Source: an uncultured Sutterella sp.
GTDB lineage: Bacteria; Pseudomonadota; Gammaproteobacteria; Burkholderiales; Burkholderiaceae_F
Assembly (NCBI GenBank): GCA_900542195.1
Contig: UQNA01000001.1
Location: forward strand, 49,640-113,639
Reading direction: 5' to 3'
DNA length: 64,000 nucleotides
Below are positions 19,857 through 29,996 of this stretch, piece by piece. How positions within the stretch are numbered: the stretch's first letter is position 1; every line of letters begins with the position of its first letter. Below the pieces are notes generated by a model. That model was not told the origin of the DNA. It ran no database searches and was given only the letters and a program-made list of their open reading frames with translations. The position numbers and the translations under genes were made by a program.

Positions 19857-20807
19857 ATGAGTATCAGTGGTTCTTATATCAAAGGCGTTCTTCTTGTTCT
19901 GCTAAGTGCGCTTTGTTTCAGCATCAGCGGAACTCTACAAGCTCTTGCCCCGGAGGGGTCAAATCCATTCATCATCACGGAGATGAGAATGATCATCGGA
20001 TCCCTATTCCTTTATTTCTGGTGCCGAGCTTTTAAAAAGCTTCCCCATAGCTACAAAGACCTGCCTTGGAAATCACTTTTTATCTGTGCCATTTTCCTTC
20101 TGATAGGTCAGCTTTGCTTCTTCACGGGAATGGCGAATATCGGCGTAGCTGCCGGTGTTGTGATCTCTATTGGTTCTGCTCCGATCTTTGCTGCCATTAT
20201 TTCCCGAATTTTTTTCAAGATCTCTCCACCCAAGGCTTGGTATGCGGCCACCTTTTTAGCCATAGCGGGAGTCGCGCTAATCAATGGGGGCGACCTAAAT
20301 CAGTCCAGACTATTCTTTATCCTGATACTCCTCACCGACGGCTTGACGTACGCTGCCTACATCAATTTCAGCTCAAAACTCGGAGATAAGCTTGATAGCG
20401 ATGCTGCAGTTATGCTGATTCTTGCGATTATTGCTCTAGTGCTTTCTCCAGTCCTCTTTATATTCCCTGTTTCTTGGACCTATTCCTCTTTAAACGGAAT
20501 ATTCGTTTGTCTCGGCCTCGGTATATTTACGGGAGGAATGGCATTTGCATTCTTAACCTCAGGGGCAAGACTTGTAAGTCCTGCCGTCGCATCTACTCTT
20601 TGTCTTGCCGAGCCCCTCGGAGCAGTCTGCTGGGGCATCTTTCTTCTTAAGGAAGACACTTCCTTCACCACCTTGCTTGGAATTGCCTCTGTCCTTTTGT
20701 CTATCATTGTTCTGGTATTTTTTGCCAAAGAGCCGAAGAAACCTTCTAATCCGAAGGCTCAAGAAATCTCACAAATGCAGAGCTCTTCAACAATTCCCGA
20801 TGTCTAG
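19857..20807 (+). CDS. EamA/DMT-family transporter
   Basis: 10-TM profile with two EamA-like repeats; lies 16 nt downstream of paralog 4, so probably in the same operon. Confidence 0.7.
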   Translation: MSISGSYIKGVLLVLLSALCFSISGTLQALAPEGSNPFIITEMRMIIGSLFLYFWCRAFKKLPHSYKDLPWKSLFICAIFLLIGQLCFFTGMANIGVAAGVVISIGSAPIFAAIISRIFFKISPPKAWYAATFLAIAGVALINGGDLNQSRLFFILILLTDGLTYAAYINFSSKLGDKLDSDAAVMLILAIIALVLSPVLFIFPVSWTYSSLNGIFVCLGLGIFTGGMAFAFLTSGARLVSPAVASTLCLAEPLGAVCWGIFLLKEDTSFTTLLGIASVLLSIIVLVFFAKEPKKPSNPKAQEISQMQSSSTIPDV

Positions 20808-20848
20808 TACACTAGTTTCTCATTGGAAGAAATGGGGAGCAGATTTTC

Positions 20849-21823
20849 ATGAAGCTACAAGAAACCGGAGCCTTGAAGCCGAGCTGGCGTGCTTTTCTTC
20901 TTCTTTGTGAGGCACAAAGTTTCTCCAATGTAGCCAAGACTGTGGGTATTTCACAATCCGCCCTATCCAAAACGATTAAAGGTATTGAATCAGAACTTGG
21001 CTTTCCTTTATTTGACAGAACTAAACGTCCGATTGTTCCTACACCAGAAGCTCTACTTCTGAGAGAAGAATTATTAGTAATGTCTGCAGCAATCGATGAA
21101 AAAATTAAGAAACTGCGGCTTCAGAAAGATCTGCGTCCTACATTGCGTTTTGGCTGTGTTGACAGTGTATGCCGCTTCATCGTCCCTGCTCTTATTAATC
21201 ATTTTGGAGACAGTCTTTCTAAGTTTTCACAGATCACCGCAAATTCAGGAATTCTTATCAAGAAGCTCCTATCAAACGAGCTTGATGTAATTTTGGTCAG
21301 CGGTTCCTTTGATGAAATAAGCGGGCTCTACCGCAGAAAGATCTTCACGGAACCTTCCTTAATTGTCCTTCCTCCGAAATTTGAAGCAATTAAAAAACAA
21401 TGGAGTTGGCAAGATCTTCAGAAGCTAGAGCTACCTCTTCTTTCTTCATCAGAGTCGAGTGAGGCAAAAAGACTGAATGAGAGGTTCTTAAGCAGTTCCA
21501 GGCTCCATTTTTTTTCTCCCTATCAAATTGATTCTGATGAAATAATGATTTCATTGATTGAATCAGGAATAGGTTGGGCGATAACGCGCCCTTCAACACT
21601 CTTGGCTTCGCGAAAGGACAAACTTAGCGTGTCTTTAGTTCCGCTTCCTAAAGGAAATTTTGACCGGCACCTTTATTTGATGAGTAAAGAGAACTTTTTT
21701 ATCCCAGAAGTTAATACCATTGAGTCGGTATGCAAATCGGTTCTTCAATCTGAAATCAAACCGCTTTTAAAAGAACTTCTTAAATATACAGAACTCTTTC
21801 AACTCGCTAAACAAATTAAGTAG
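20849..21823 (+). CDS. LysR-family transcriptional regulator
   Basis: HTH FLLLCEAQSFSNVAKTVGISQSALSKTIKGIESELGFPLFDR; LysR effector domain. Confidence 0.8.
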   Translation: MKLQETGALKPSWRAFLLLCEAQSFSNVAKTVGISQSALSKTIKGIESELGFPLFDRTKRPIVPTPEALLLREELLVMSAAIDEKIKKLRLQKDLRPTLRFGCVDSVCRFIVPALINHFGDSLSKFSQITANSGILIKKLLSNELDVILVSGSFDEISGLYRRKIFTEPSLIVLPPKFEAIKKQWSWQDLQKLELPLLSSSESSEAKRLNERFLSSSRLHFFSPYQIDSDEIMISLIESGIGWAITRPSTLLASRKDKLSVSLVPLPKGNFDRHLYLMSKENFFIPEVNTIESVCKSVLQSEIKPLLKELLKYTELFQLAKQIK

Positions 21824-22114
21824 AACTTAATTAAAAAAGAAACCTCTCTTCACTTTCTTGGCCGCTCGTATCCCCGCTTTTAGAGTGGTGTTATTCCATT
21901 GAAGAGCGCATCATCTGCCCGTTGCTCTAACCATAAATCAAATTTATAGGCACGATGTAATTTGGATTATTAGAAGTGCAAACGGACAGAGGTTCTCAGA
22001 AAATGGATATGAACCAAATATTTAAGGTCTTGAGAATATTTGGGCACCATCTTTCTAAAACAACTATCAATCCAAGGAGGAAGAAGGTCTCAGGACTCTG
22101 TACCTTCTGCTTTT

Positions 22115-23434
22115 ATGATTACTCTTATTGAACTACTTATCGTCTTCGGAGCCATTTTCATGGGCGTCCGTCACGGGAGCTTAGCTCTAGGTTTTTGGGG
22201 CGGTTTGGGCTTAGTTGTATTGGGCGTATGCTTCGGTGTATTTCCTACTGCCCCTCCGATCGACGTTATGCTCATCATTTTGGCTGTCTGCATGTGCGCA
22301 GCCTGTATGGAAGCTGTCGGCGGCTTAGACATTCTTGTTAGAATTGCCGCCCGCATCATTCGTGCAAAACCAAAAATGGTCGGAGTTATCGCTCCGGTTG
22401 TCAGCTTCTTCCTAACATTCTTTGCTGGTACAGGAAACGCTGTCTACGCTATTCTGCCAGTGGTTTATGAAGTGTCTTACAACGCAGGTGTACGTCCTGA
22501 AAAGGCTATGGCCGGAACTGCGGTTGCAGGTCAGGTAGGCATTACTGCCAGCCCGATTGCCGCTGCTATGGCTGCTATGATTGGTTTGTTTGCTCAAAAC
22601 AATCACGGAGATATTGGCTTAGGCTCAATCTTGATGATTACCTTCCCAGCCTGCTTAATCGGCGTTGTTCTCGGCTCTGCAATCTGCCTTCTGTTTGGTA
22701 AGGGTTTAGATGACGATCCAGAATATCAAGCACGTTTGAAAGCCGGTCTTGTTCTTCCTCCTCAACCAATCTCAAATCACAAGCTTCCTCCGCAAGCTTT
22801 ATGGTCTGTTCTTATCTTCTTGGGCGCCATCGTTGTCATCGTTGCAGCCGGCTTCTTCCCTGAACTAAGAGTACTTCCGGGTCAAACCAAGGGCGTTGGA
22901 ATGGCACTTGTAATCGAAGCGGTCATGCTCGCAGCCGGTGCTCTCATGATGCTCTTCTGCAAACCTGATGTTAAAAAAGTTGTTAAGAGCCCCGTCATGG
23001 AAGCTGCCGTTGTTTCTCTCGGATGCGTATTTGGTGTTGCTTGGATGGCTGACTCCTTCATTGCTGCTAATAAGGAAATCTTCCTTCAGGTTGCTGGGCA
23101 ATTAGCGCAAACCGCTCCCTGGCTGTTCTCATTCATTCTTGCCGGTATGTCTGCCTTGTTGGCAAGTCAAGGTGCTACTACTCGTGCCATCATGCCTCTG
23201 GGATTTGTTCTTGGCATTAACCCCTGGTACTTGATTGCAATGTTCCCAGCTGTTAACTGCTTGTTCATTCTCCCGACTTCCGGCCCAGCATTGGCTGCAG
23301 TTGGTATGGACCGTTCCGGTACTACTTATATTGGCAAATACGTCCTTAATCACTCCTTCCAGTTACCCGGCATTTTGATGGTAGCCATTGCAGTGTTGTC
23401 TGCCTTTGCAATCGTCCAATTGTTCGTAATTTAA
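22115..23434 (+). CDS. dcuA: Anaerobic C4-dicarboxylate transporter (DcuA/DcuB family)
   Basis: MITLIELLIVFGAIFMGVRHGSLALGF...FFLTFFAGTGNAVYAILPVVYEV matches the Dcu-family N-terminus and core. The track ORF begins 75 nt upstream at an unlikely start. Confidence 0.85.
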   Translation: MITLIELLIVFGAIFMGVRHGSLALGFWGGLGLVVLGVCFGVFPTAPPIDVMLIILAVCMCAACMEAVGGLDILVRIAARIIRAKPKMVGVIAPVVSFFLTFFAGTGNAVYAILPVVYEVSYNAGVRPEKAMAGTAVAGQVGITASPIAAAMAAMIGLFAQNNHGDIGLGSILMITFPACLIGVVLGSAICLLFGKGLDDDPEYQARLKAGLVLPPQPISNHKLPPQALWSVLIFLGAIVVIVAAGFFPELRVLPGQTKGVGMALVIEAVMLAAGALMMLFCKPDVKKVVKSPVMEAAVVSLGCVFGVAWMADSFIAANKEIFLQVAGQLAQTAPWLFSFILAGMSALLASQGATTRAIMPLGFVLGINPWYLIAMFPAVNCLFILPTSGPALAAVGMDRSGTTYIGKYVLNHSFQLPGILMVAIAVLSAFAIVQLFVI

Positions 23435-23454
23435 TAAAACCTTTACGAGCTAGC

Positions 23455-23488
23455 TAAAAGAAACCCGGCCGCAGCCGGGTTTCTTATG
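23455..23488. terminator. Bidirectional terminator (perfect 9-bp stem aaacccggc / gccgggttt)
   Basis: Hairpin followed by TCTTTT on the minus-strand transcript; sits between the convergent dcu gene and the minus-strand operon. Confidence 0.6.
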
Positions 23489-23537
23489 GTCAGAAGATCG
23501 GAAGTCTGAATGATTTCTCTAGGGATTCATCTTCAAA

Positions 23538-23744
23538 TTAATCAACTAAATGAATCTCTCCCCCGTCTTCTACTAACCGATAATCGTATTTTTTCTTGCC
23601 GTTAATTTCTTCAAGCCATGCGGCACGAGGTTCCTCAATATCCAAATTGGCATTGATAAATCTTTCAGCCTCAAGTTTGGTCGCGAAATTTTCACATCCG
23701 TCCGAATACTCTACGATTACCTGCGTTACTACGTCTCTTCTCAT
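23538..23744 (-). CDS. Small hypothetical protein (68 aa), translationally coupled to the M20 peptidase gene
   Basis: ATGA overlap with the upstream gene's stop; followed by the terminator. No recognisable motif. Confidence 0.35.
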   Translation of the reverse strand: MRRDVVTQVIVEYSDGCENFATKLEAERFINANLDIEEPRAAWLEEINGKKKYDYRLVEDGGEIHLVD

Positions 23745-25162
23745 TCCTCTGCCTTTGCCATCTTCGCAATGATATATGCCACACTAGCTGTCAGCTTCTG
23801 AGCATAATCTATATGCAGGAACTCATTGGGACCATGCGCATTCGATTTGGGCCCTAACACCCCTGCAACTACGAATTCAGCACTCGGCCATTCTCTAGAG
23901 AAGACGTTGAGCAGTGGGATGGAAGCACCCATTCCTAAATAACAGAAATCATTGCCCCACAAAGACTTAGACGCTTTTTTGAAAGATTTCTTCAGCCACT
24001 TTTTCGGCTCTTTAGCGACCCAACCGTTGCTCATCACAACGGGCTCATAATCTACCTTGGCATTAAACGGCGGATGTGCCGTAACAACATCTTTAAATGC
24101 CTGAGATGCTAAAGAAGCTTCCACGTTAGGAGGCAGTCTCATGCCAATCTTGATTTTCGTCCAAGGTCTTAAAACGTTTCCGCCGTTTTCTACTGAAGGA
24201 ATTCCGTCGGCTCCGGTAACCGTCAATGCCGGTTCCCAATTTCTGCGCAAGATGCATTCCATCGGCTCATCACAGAGCGGAGAAGTCTCGCCGGCCCACG
24301 GGAATTGTTCCCAAGCTTTATCACCCAAAATCTTGGCAATCTTCTTGCTCTGCTTGAGAATATCGCTTGTCAAAACAGTGTGGAAAGGAATGCCAATGAC
24401 TTTTCCGGTCTTTGAATCCTCGACTCTGTCAAGCAAACTTCGGAGAATCATAAAGGAGCTGGGAACAATCCCGCTGGCCTCTCCGGAGTGAACTCCCTCT
24501 TTCAGCACCTCGACTTTAATAGCGCCGCCAATCATTCCACGGAGAGAATTTGTAATCCACAAACGGTCATAATCCCCGCAGCTGCTGTCTAAAGCTACAA
24601 CCAGACCAATATCGCCCAACTGCTCTTCTACATGCTTCAGATAGGTTTCATAGTGAGCGGAGCCCGATTCTTCGCAGGTTTCAAATAGGCCTACGCAGCG
24701 AGGATGAGAAATATTTAATTCTTGCAGTGCCTTCACTGCAGATAAGGAGCAGAAGAAGGAATAACCGTCGTCGGCTGCACCCCGGCCGTAAAGTTTTCCA
24801 TCTTGGACAACAGGTTTCCAAGGACCTTTATCCTCATCCCACCCAAGGTTAGGAGGCTGCTTATCCAAATGTCCGTAAAGAAATACAGACTCTTTTGCCG
24901 TGTTTCCCTCGCTGGCTTCAATTTCTACGTAAAGACACGGAGGAAAGCCTTCTTCCTGAACGATTTTCGTGGAGAGACCTTTAATATCTTGTTTCTCAAC
25001 CCAATCCTTAGCAAACTCTACGGCCTTGAGAAGTACTCCGTTTTCTTCCCACTTTTTATCAAAATCAGGAGAGAGAGCCGGAATCTCAATAAAATCTTTT
25101 ATGCCTTGCTCTGTCGTCTGATTCCACTTATCTTTAACTTGTTCGAAGATTTTCTCTATCAT
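23741..25162 (-). CDS. M20-family metallopeptidase (dipeptidase, ArgE/DapE/PepV-like)
   Basis: LYGHLDKQPP, GRGAADDG and related M20 metal-binding motifs; about 470 aa. Confidence 0.8.
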   Translation of the reverse strand: MIEKIFEQVKDKWNQTTEQGIKDFIEIPALSPDFDKKWEENGVLLKAVEFAKDWVEKQDIKGLSTKIVQEEGFPPCLYVEIEASEGNTAKESVFLYGHLDKQPPNLGWDEDKGPWKPVVQDGKLYGRGAADDGYSFFCSLSAVKALQELNISHPRCVGLFETCEESGSAHYETYLKHVEEQLGDIGLVVALDSSCGDYDRLWITNSLRGMIGGAIKVEVLKEGVHSGEASGIVPSSFMILRSLLDRVEDSKTGKVIGIPFHTVLTSDILKQSKKIAKILGDKAWEQFPWAGETSPLCDEPMECILRRNWEPALTVTGADGIPSVENGGNVLRPWTKIKIGMRLPPNVEASLASQAFKDVVTAHPPFNAKVDYEPVVMSNGWVAKEPKKWLKKSFKKASKSLWGNDFCYLGMGASIPLLNVFSREWPSAEFVVAGVLGPKSNAHGPNEFLHIDYAQKLTASVAYIIAKMAKAEE

Positions 25163-26289
25163 CAGTTCATATCCTTGACTACTACGGCATTTTGATGGAG
25201 CAGATCTTTAAGCTGCAGGCTAAGTTCCTTAGCCGCATCGTGCTGAAAGTTACCGCCGACTAACACACGATATAAACCATCCTTATCCACAATCTTAGCC
25301 GTTGGAAGAGTGTTTTCCTTCAAAACGGATTCAATCTTCTTTTTGAGGTTCTCAGCATTAGGCTGTGATTTAAAAACACCCAACTGAACGGAATAACCGC
25401 TCGCCTCGGCCTTGTGAACAACCTTTTCTACCTTACCGACCCCCGAAGAGCCGTCAGCCATGACAAACACGCCTTCCTCGATATATTTCACTTCTGACTT
25501 ATTGTTCTGGTCCGGTGCCTTCTCCTCAGATACCGAGATAGTCTCTGCTGTAAGGATAGGAGTCGGCTCTTTCTTTTCTTGAATCAGACGACTGATGGCT
25601 TGGTCTGCCAAGTCGCTTTCAGAGGCTTCGGAAATGGTCTGAACAGTCTCCGCGGCCGTGGCCGTTTTGCTGTTGGACTTCAGTATCGGCACAATAACCG
25701 GTGCTGCCGCAAGAAGAGTCTTGCGGACTGCGGAATCATTATCCCATTCACCCTTGGCGATTTGCTCTCGCGTAATTCTTTCTACTTTTAGTTTTGCCGT
25801 CCCTTTACCGGCATAGCCAAGTTTAGTCGCCGCAGCATAAGACAGATCGATGATTCTGTTATGCAAGAAAGGACCTCGGTCATTAACGCGAACAATAGCG
25901 GATCTTCCGTTCTCAAGATTTGTCACTTTAGCGTAGCTAGGAAGTTCCATTGTCTTATGGGCGGCCGTCATTTTGTACATATCATAGACTTCTCCCGAAG
26001 AAGTCTTCTTACCATGAAACTTTTTACCGTACCAAGAACCGTAGCCGATCTGAACCATGGACTTATCCCCGGTGACGGGATAGTAGCGCTTGCCCATCAC
26101 CGTATAAGGTTTGTTAGTGGCAGCAATAGGTTTTTCGACAACCGGCGTGGCATCACGCATGTCCATTTTTGATAAAGAAAATACTCCGGGAGGACCGTCA
26201 TCTTCGAAATACTTACCGCCTTTATTTGAAGAACAAGCCGTAAGAAGTGAAAATGCAGCAAATATCGCTATCCAACCTACGATTCTCAT
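25162..26289 (-). CDS. rlpA: Septal-ring lytic transglycosylase RlpA (lipoprotein with DPBB domain and C-terminal SPOR domain)
   Basis: Lipobox LLTAC; DPBB motif GYGSWYGKKFHGKKTSSGEVYD; C-terminal SPOR-like VQLGVFKSQPNAENLKKKIE. Confidence 0.85.
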   Translation of the reverse strand: MRIVGWIAIFAAFSLLTACSSNKGGKYFEDDGPPGVFSLSKMDMRDATPVVEKPIAATNKPYTVMGKRYYPVTGDKSMVQIGYGSWYGKKFHGKKTSSGEVYDMYKMTAAHKTMELPSYAKVTNLENGRSAIVRVNDRGPFLHNRIIDLSYAAATKLGYAGKGTAKLKVERITREQIAKGEWDNDSAVRKTLLAAAPVIVPILKSNSKTATAAETVQTISEASESDLADQAISRLIQEKKEPTPILTAETISVSEEKAPDQNNKSEVKYIEEGVFVMADGSSGVGKVEKVVHKAEASGYSVQLGVFKSQPNAENLKKKIESVLKENTLPTAKIVDKDGLYRVLVGGNFQHDAAKELSLQLKDLLHQNAVVVKDMN

Positions 26290-26311
26290 CCTTCTCTCCT
26301 GACAATAAAAA

Positions 26312-27463
26312 CTATTTCTTGCGCGGTCTTCTTCTGCTTCCGGCAGAAATGCGCATCAACAAGCCACAGCAAATACCGAGTATAAGAAATGCTGTTCCGC
26401 CATAGCTCATAAACGGCAAGGGTACGCCTACCACGGGCAAAATTCCGCTGACCATGCCCATGTTCACGAAAGAGTACATCAAAAAGATTGCCGCGATTGC
26501 CCCCGCAATTAAGCGCTCAAATAAGGTCTTAGCACGGCAGGCGATATAAAGTGTTCTGAAAATCAAAGCTGAATACAAAATCAGAAGACCCACATCGCCC
26601 AAAAATCCAAACTCTTCCGAGTAAACAGCAAATAAAAAGTCACTGGTTCTTTCCGGAATAAAGTCTAGGTGAGCTTGTGTACCGTTCATCCAGCCTTTTC
26701 CGACAATTCCGCCTGAGCCTATCGCAATAATGGCTTGAATGGTATGGAAGCCTGCACCGAGAGGATCTGAACTCGGATCCAACAAAGTCAGCACGCGCTG
26801 TCTCTGATAGTCGTACATCATAGTCCACGCAATCGGGATCGAGACCAAAACACCGCAAACTAAAGCCGCCAAAACTTTCCAGCTGAGTCCGGCAAAAAAG
26901 ATGACCGCAAAACCGGCGCAGAATACCAAGATAGAAGTTCCAAGGTCAGGCTGCTTCAAGATTAATGCCACAGGAATGACCAAGAAAAGGGATGCAATCA
27001 CGTAATCCCACCACCGCAAGTATTCGTCTCTCACCTGGAAATACCAGGCAATAAACAGAGGGACGGCAATTTTCATAATCTCGGAAGGCTGAATTCGGCC
27101 CACTCCGATATCAAGCCAGCGCGTCGCACCCTTAATGGTGACGCCAAACAGCAAAGTTGCCAGCAGCAGTAAGATCCCGATGACGTAAATAGGCACAGAC
27201 ATGTTCTTTACCCACTTCATCGGGACTAAGCCAACCACCAGCATAGCAGCCGCTGCTACAGCAATATTTCGAATTTGCCCCTCGATACGCCATGGGAAGC
27301 TGTATCCCGCAGAATACAGCGCCACAAAGCCCACTGCAGTTAGAAGAGAGACAATCACAAGCAAAGGCCAGTCAATGGCCAACAAAAACTCCATTAAGCC
27401 GATAGCGGCCTTTTTATACCAAGGAACGGGAGCATCTCCGTAATAATTCTTGTAGAGGTTCAT
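26312..27463 (-). CDS. mrdB: Rod shape-determining SEDS protein RodA (MrdB)
   Basis: SEDS-family conservation (PERTSDFLFAVYSEEFGFLG); 4-nt overlap with PBP2. Confidence 0.9.
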   Translation of the reverse strand: MNLYKNYYGDAPVPWYKKAAIGLMEFLLAIDWPLLVIVSLLTAVGFVALYSAGYSFPWRIEGQIRNIAVAAAAMLVVGLVPMKWVKNMSVPIYVIGILLLLATLLFGVTIKGATRWLDIGVGRIQPSEIMKIAVPLFIAWYFQVRDEYLRWWDYVIASLFLVIPVALILKQPDLGTSILVFCAGFAVIFFAGLSWKVLAALVCGVLVSIPIAWTMMYDYQRQRVLTLLDPSSDPLGAGFHTIQAIIAIGSGGIVGKGWMNGTQAHLDFIPERTSDFLFAVYSEEFGFLGDVGLLILYSALIFRTLYIACRAKTLFERLIAGAIAAIFLMYSFVNMGMVSGILPVVGVPLPFMSYGGTAFLILGICCGLLMRISAGSRRRPRKK

Positions 27464-29454
27464 CGTTGAGCTCCTTTTGTTTCCGGAGTTGTTTTAGTAG
27501 GAGTTTTACGAACAGCCTGCACTTTCTTTGTTTTTTGTTCCTTGTCCTTTTCTTTGTTTTTGTCTTCCTTCTTTGCCTCATCTTTCTGCTGTGCAGCTTC
27601 TTCTTTGGCCTTCAAACGCTCTACTAAGTAGTAATCCAAAATCTTTCTGGCTGCAGGAGCTGCTGCTTGCGCACCGAAGCCTCCGTTTTCCACCAAGATG
27701 GCTAAAGCAATCACCGGTTTATCATAGGGAGCAAAAGCAATGAAGAGAGAGTGGTCGCGGTGTCTTTCACGAATCTTGTTCTTATCGTATTTTTCACCTT
27801 GCTTAATACCTAAGACCTGAGCGGTACCGGTTTTCCCGACTACCTCGTAGGGAGCCCCGGCAAAAGTCGATCGGCCTGTACCCTTCTTCGTTACTTCATG
27901 CATCGCACTTTTAACTAACTTCAGGTATTCGGGCTTGAACGGGATTTTTCCTACCGGCTCTCTGGCTACGTACTCCTCTTCTCCGGTTGTCGGATTTTCA
28001 ATTTTCTTAACCAAGTGAGGCTTCATGACTATCCCGTCATTAGCCAAAGTTGCAACCGCATGGGCCAACTGAAGCATGGTAAAGGCGTTATAACCCTGTC
28101 CGATACCAACGGAAATGGTGTCTCCGGTAAGCCACTTACGCTTAAATCTCTTTTCCTTCCATTCTTTAGACGGGAGAATGCCTCTTACCTCACCTTTCAA
28201 GTCAATGCCCGTAATCTGACCGAAACCGAAAGGAGCCAAAGAATCATGAATCTTATCGATACCCATGTCCTGAGCTAAAGAGTAGTAATAAACGTCACTT
28301 GAGACCACAATCGATCTCTTCATATCGACCGGCCCGTAGCCTCTTCCATGTGTGGAATCTCGGAAAGTGTGGTTGCCGAGCTGGAAAGTACCGCGGTCTT
28401 GAATAACGCGGTTCGGATCTCTAACCCCCAACTGTGCAGCAGAAAGTGCCAAGAAGGGCTTAATGGTGGAGCCGATTGGATAAGCGCCTCTCAATGCTCG
28501 ATTAAGCAGCGGTTTATCCTCATCGTTATTGAGTTCATCCCAAGTCTCTTGATCAATACCGTCGACGAATAGGTTCGGGTCAAAGCTAGGATTGGAGACA
28601 AAAGCCAGCACGTCACCGGTTGCAGGTTCAATCGCCACGATGGCACCTCTTCTGCCGTCCAAAACCTTAGTAATTTCTCTCTGCAAACCCATATCCAGAG
28701 AAAGAATCAAGTTAGAACCGGAGGTTGCAGGACTCTTAGATAAAGACCGAATCGGACGGCCGGAAGCACGGACCTCCAACTCTTCAATACCGGGCTTGCC
28801 GTGCAGTACATCTTCATAGCTTTGTTCGAGACCGAGTTTGCCGATGTTAAGAGTTCCGGAGTACTCAGCTTCTTTGCCGCTTTTTTCCAAAGCCGCCTGA
28901 TCACGCTGGGAGATACGTCCGATATAACCAACGACGTGTGCCGCATCCTTTCCTTGCGGATAGTAGCGATGCATGCGCGAACGAACCTCAACGCCGGGAA
29001 ACTTCCATGCCTGCGCAATAAATCTCGCAACGTCTTCATCGGTCAGATTGCTCTTTAACGGCACAGGACTCAAACGAGGCAATTCATCCTTTAAACGATA
29101 AAAACGCTTCTTGTCATACTTAGTGATTGGAATAATTTTTTCCAAGGCTTCAATTGTCTTGGCAAGCCCAACTACCTTCCCCGGAGTAATTTCCAAGGTA
29201 TAGATTGGCTCGTTTGCTGCCAACAGCTCTCCGTTCTTATCCATGATGATGCCGCGGCGCGGAGGATGGGCAGTTTCTGTTTTTCGGTTGGCTTCTGCCT
29301 TGATGATGAAATTATCGTACTCAAGAATTTGCAGGTAAAAGAACCGACTGGCCAAGAGCAAAAAGAGAATGATCGTGACAAAACAGAAGAATACCGATCT
29401 TCTCCGAAAAGTTGAGATTTGTTTTAGTTCTTCGGCCGTTAAGCGAGTCGCCAT
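27460..29454 (-). CDS. mrdA: Penicillin-binding protein 2 (MrdA), elongasome transpeptidase
   Basis: PBP dimerisation and transpeptidase domains (STIKP, SxN, KTG motifs); position within the mre-mrd cluster. Confidence 0.9.
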   Translation of the reverse strand: MATRLTAEELKQISTFRRRSVFFCFVTIILFLLLASRFFYLQILEYDNFIIKAEANRKTETAHPPRRGIIMDKNGELLAANEPIYTLEITPGKVVGLAKTIEALEKIIPITKYDKKRFYRLKDELPRLSPVPLKSNLTDEDVARFIAQAWKFPGVEVRSRMHRYYPQGKDAAHVVGYIGRISQRDQAALEKSGKEAEYSGTLNIGKLGLEQSYEDVLHGKPGIEELEVRASGRPIRSLSKSPATSGSNLILSLDMGLQREITKVLDGRRGAIVAIEPATGDVLAFVSNPSFDPNLFVDGIDQETWDELNNDEDKPLLNRALRGAYPIGSTIKPFLALSAAQLGVRDPNRVIQDRGTFQLGNHTFRDSTHGRGYGPVDMKRSIVVSSDVYYYSLAQDMGIDKIHDSLAPFGFGQITGIDLKGEVRGILPSKEWKEKRFKRKWLTGDTISVGIGQGYNAFTMLQLAHAVATLANDGIVMKPHLVKKIENPTTGEEEYVAREPVGKIPFKPEYLKLVKSAMHEVTKKGTGRSTFAGAPYEVVGKTGTAQVLGIKQGEKYDKNKIRERHRDHSLFIAFAPYDKPVIALAILVENGGFGAQAAAPAARKILDYYLVERLKAKEEAAQQKDEAKKEDKNKEKDKEQKTKKVQAVRKTPTKTTPETKGAQR

Positions 29455-29465
29455 TGCGTTCTACC

Positions 29466-29996
29466 TTACGATTTGAGAGAGATAAAACGACGAGTCAGAA
29501 TAAAGCACCAAGCAGGCCAGAGCACTACACCCATTAAGGCGCGCGTAAACCATCCCCAATCAATTTGCAGAGAACCGAAGCAGAAGCTTTCAATAACCAG
29601 CAAAATCGGAGGAATCATGAAGACTGGCAGAATATTAATGGCTTGACCCACAGGCTGCAGCCATTGAAGACGCTGGCTCATAGCTTCCGCACAGAATACG
29701 ACCAAGCAAAAAGCTAAGGAATTTTGTCCGAAAACAGCAGCCGAATCCGTATCTACCAACAAGCCTAAAAGGAATGCCAGCCAGTAGTAGATTTTCTGAG
29801 GCTGATAAATGCCCCAAAAAACCAATGTCATCACCAGCAGATTAGGAAAGAAAGGCCACTCCGTAAAAGGAAGCAGACCGATACCCCAGCTCAGAGCTAT
29901 AGAACCGTAAATCCAATAGTTGCTGGAAAAAGCCGGATCAAAGAAAGTCCGATCAGGCCTGCGTCGTGTTTCATAGCCTTTAGAGAACTCACTCAC
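29466..29996 (-). CDS. mreD: Rod shape-determining protein MreD
   Basis: Polytopic small membrane protein downstream of mreC. Probable GTG start at 29996, overlapping the mreC stop by 8 nt; the track ORF extends to 30077 through mreC. Confidence 0.7.
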   Translation of the reverse strand: MSEFSKGYETRRRPDRTFFDPAFSSNYWIYGSIALSWGIGLLPFTEWPFFPNLLVMTLVFWGIYQPQKIYYWLAFLLGLLVDTDSAAVFGQNSLAFCLVVFCAEAMSQRLQWLQPVGQAINILPVFMIPPILLVIESFCFGSLQIDWGWFTRALMGVVLWPAWCFILTRRFISLKS

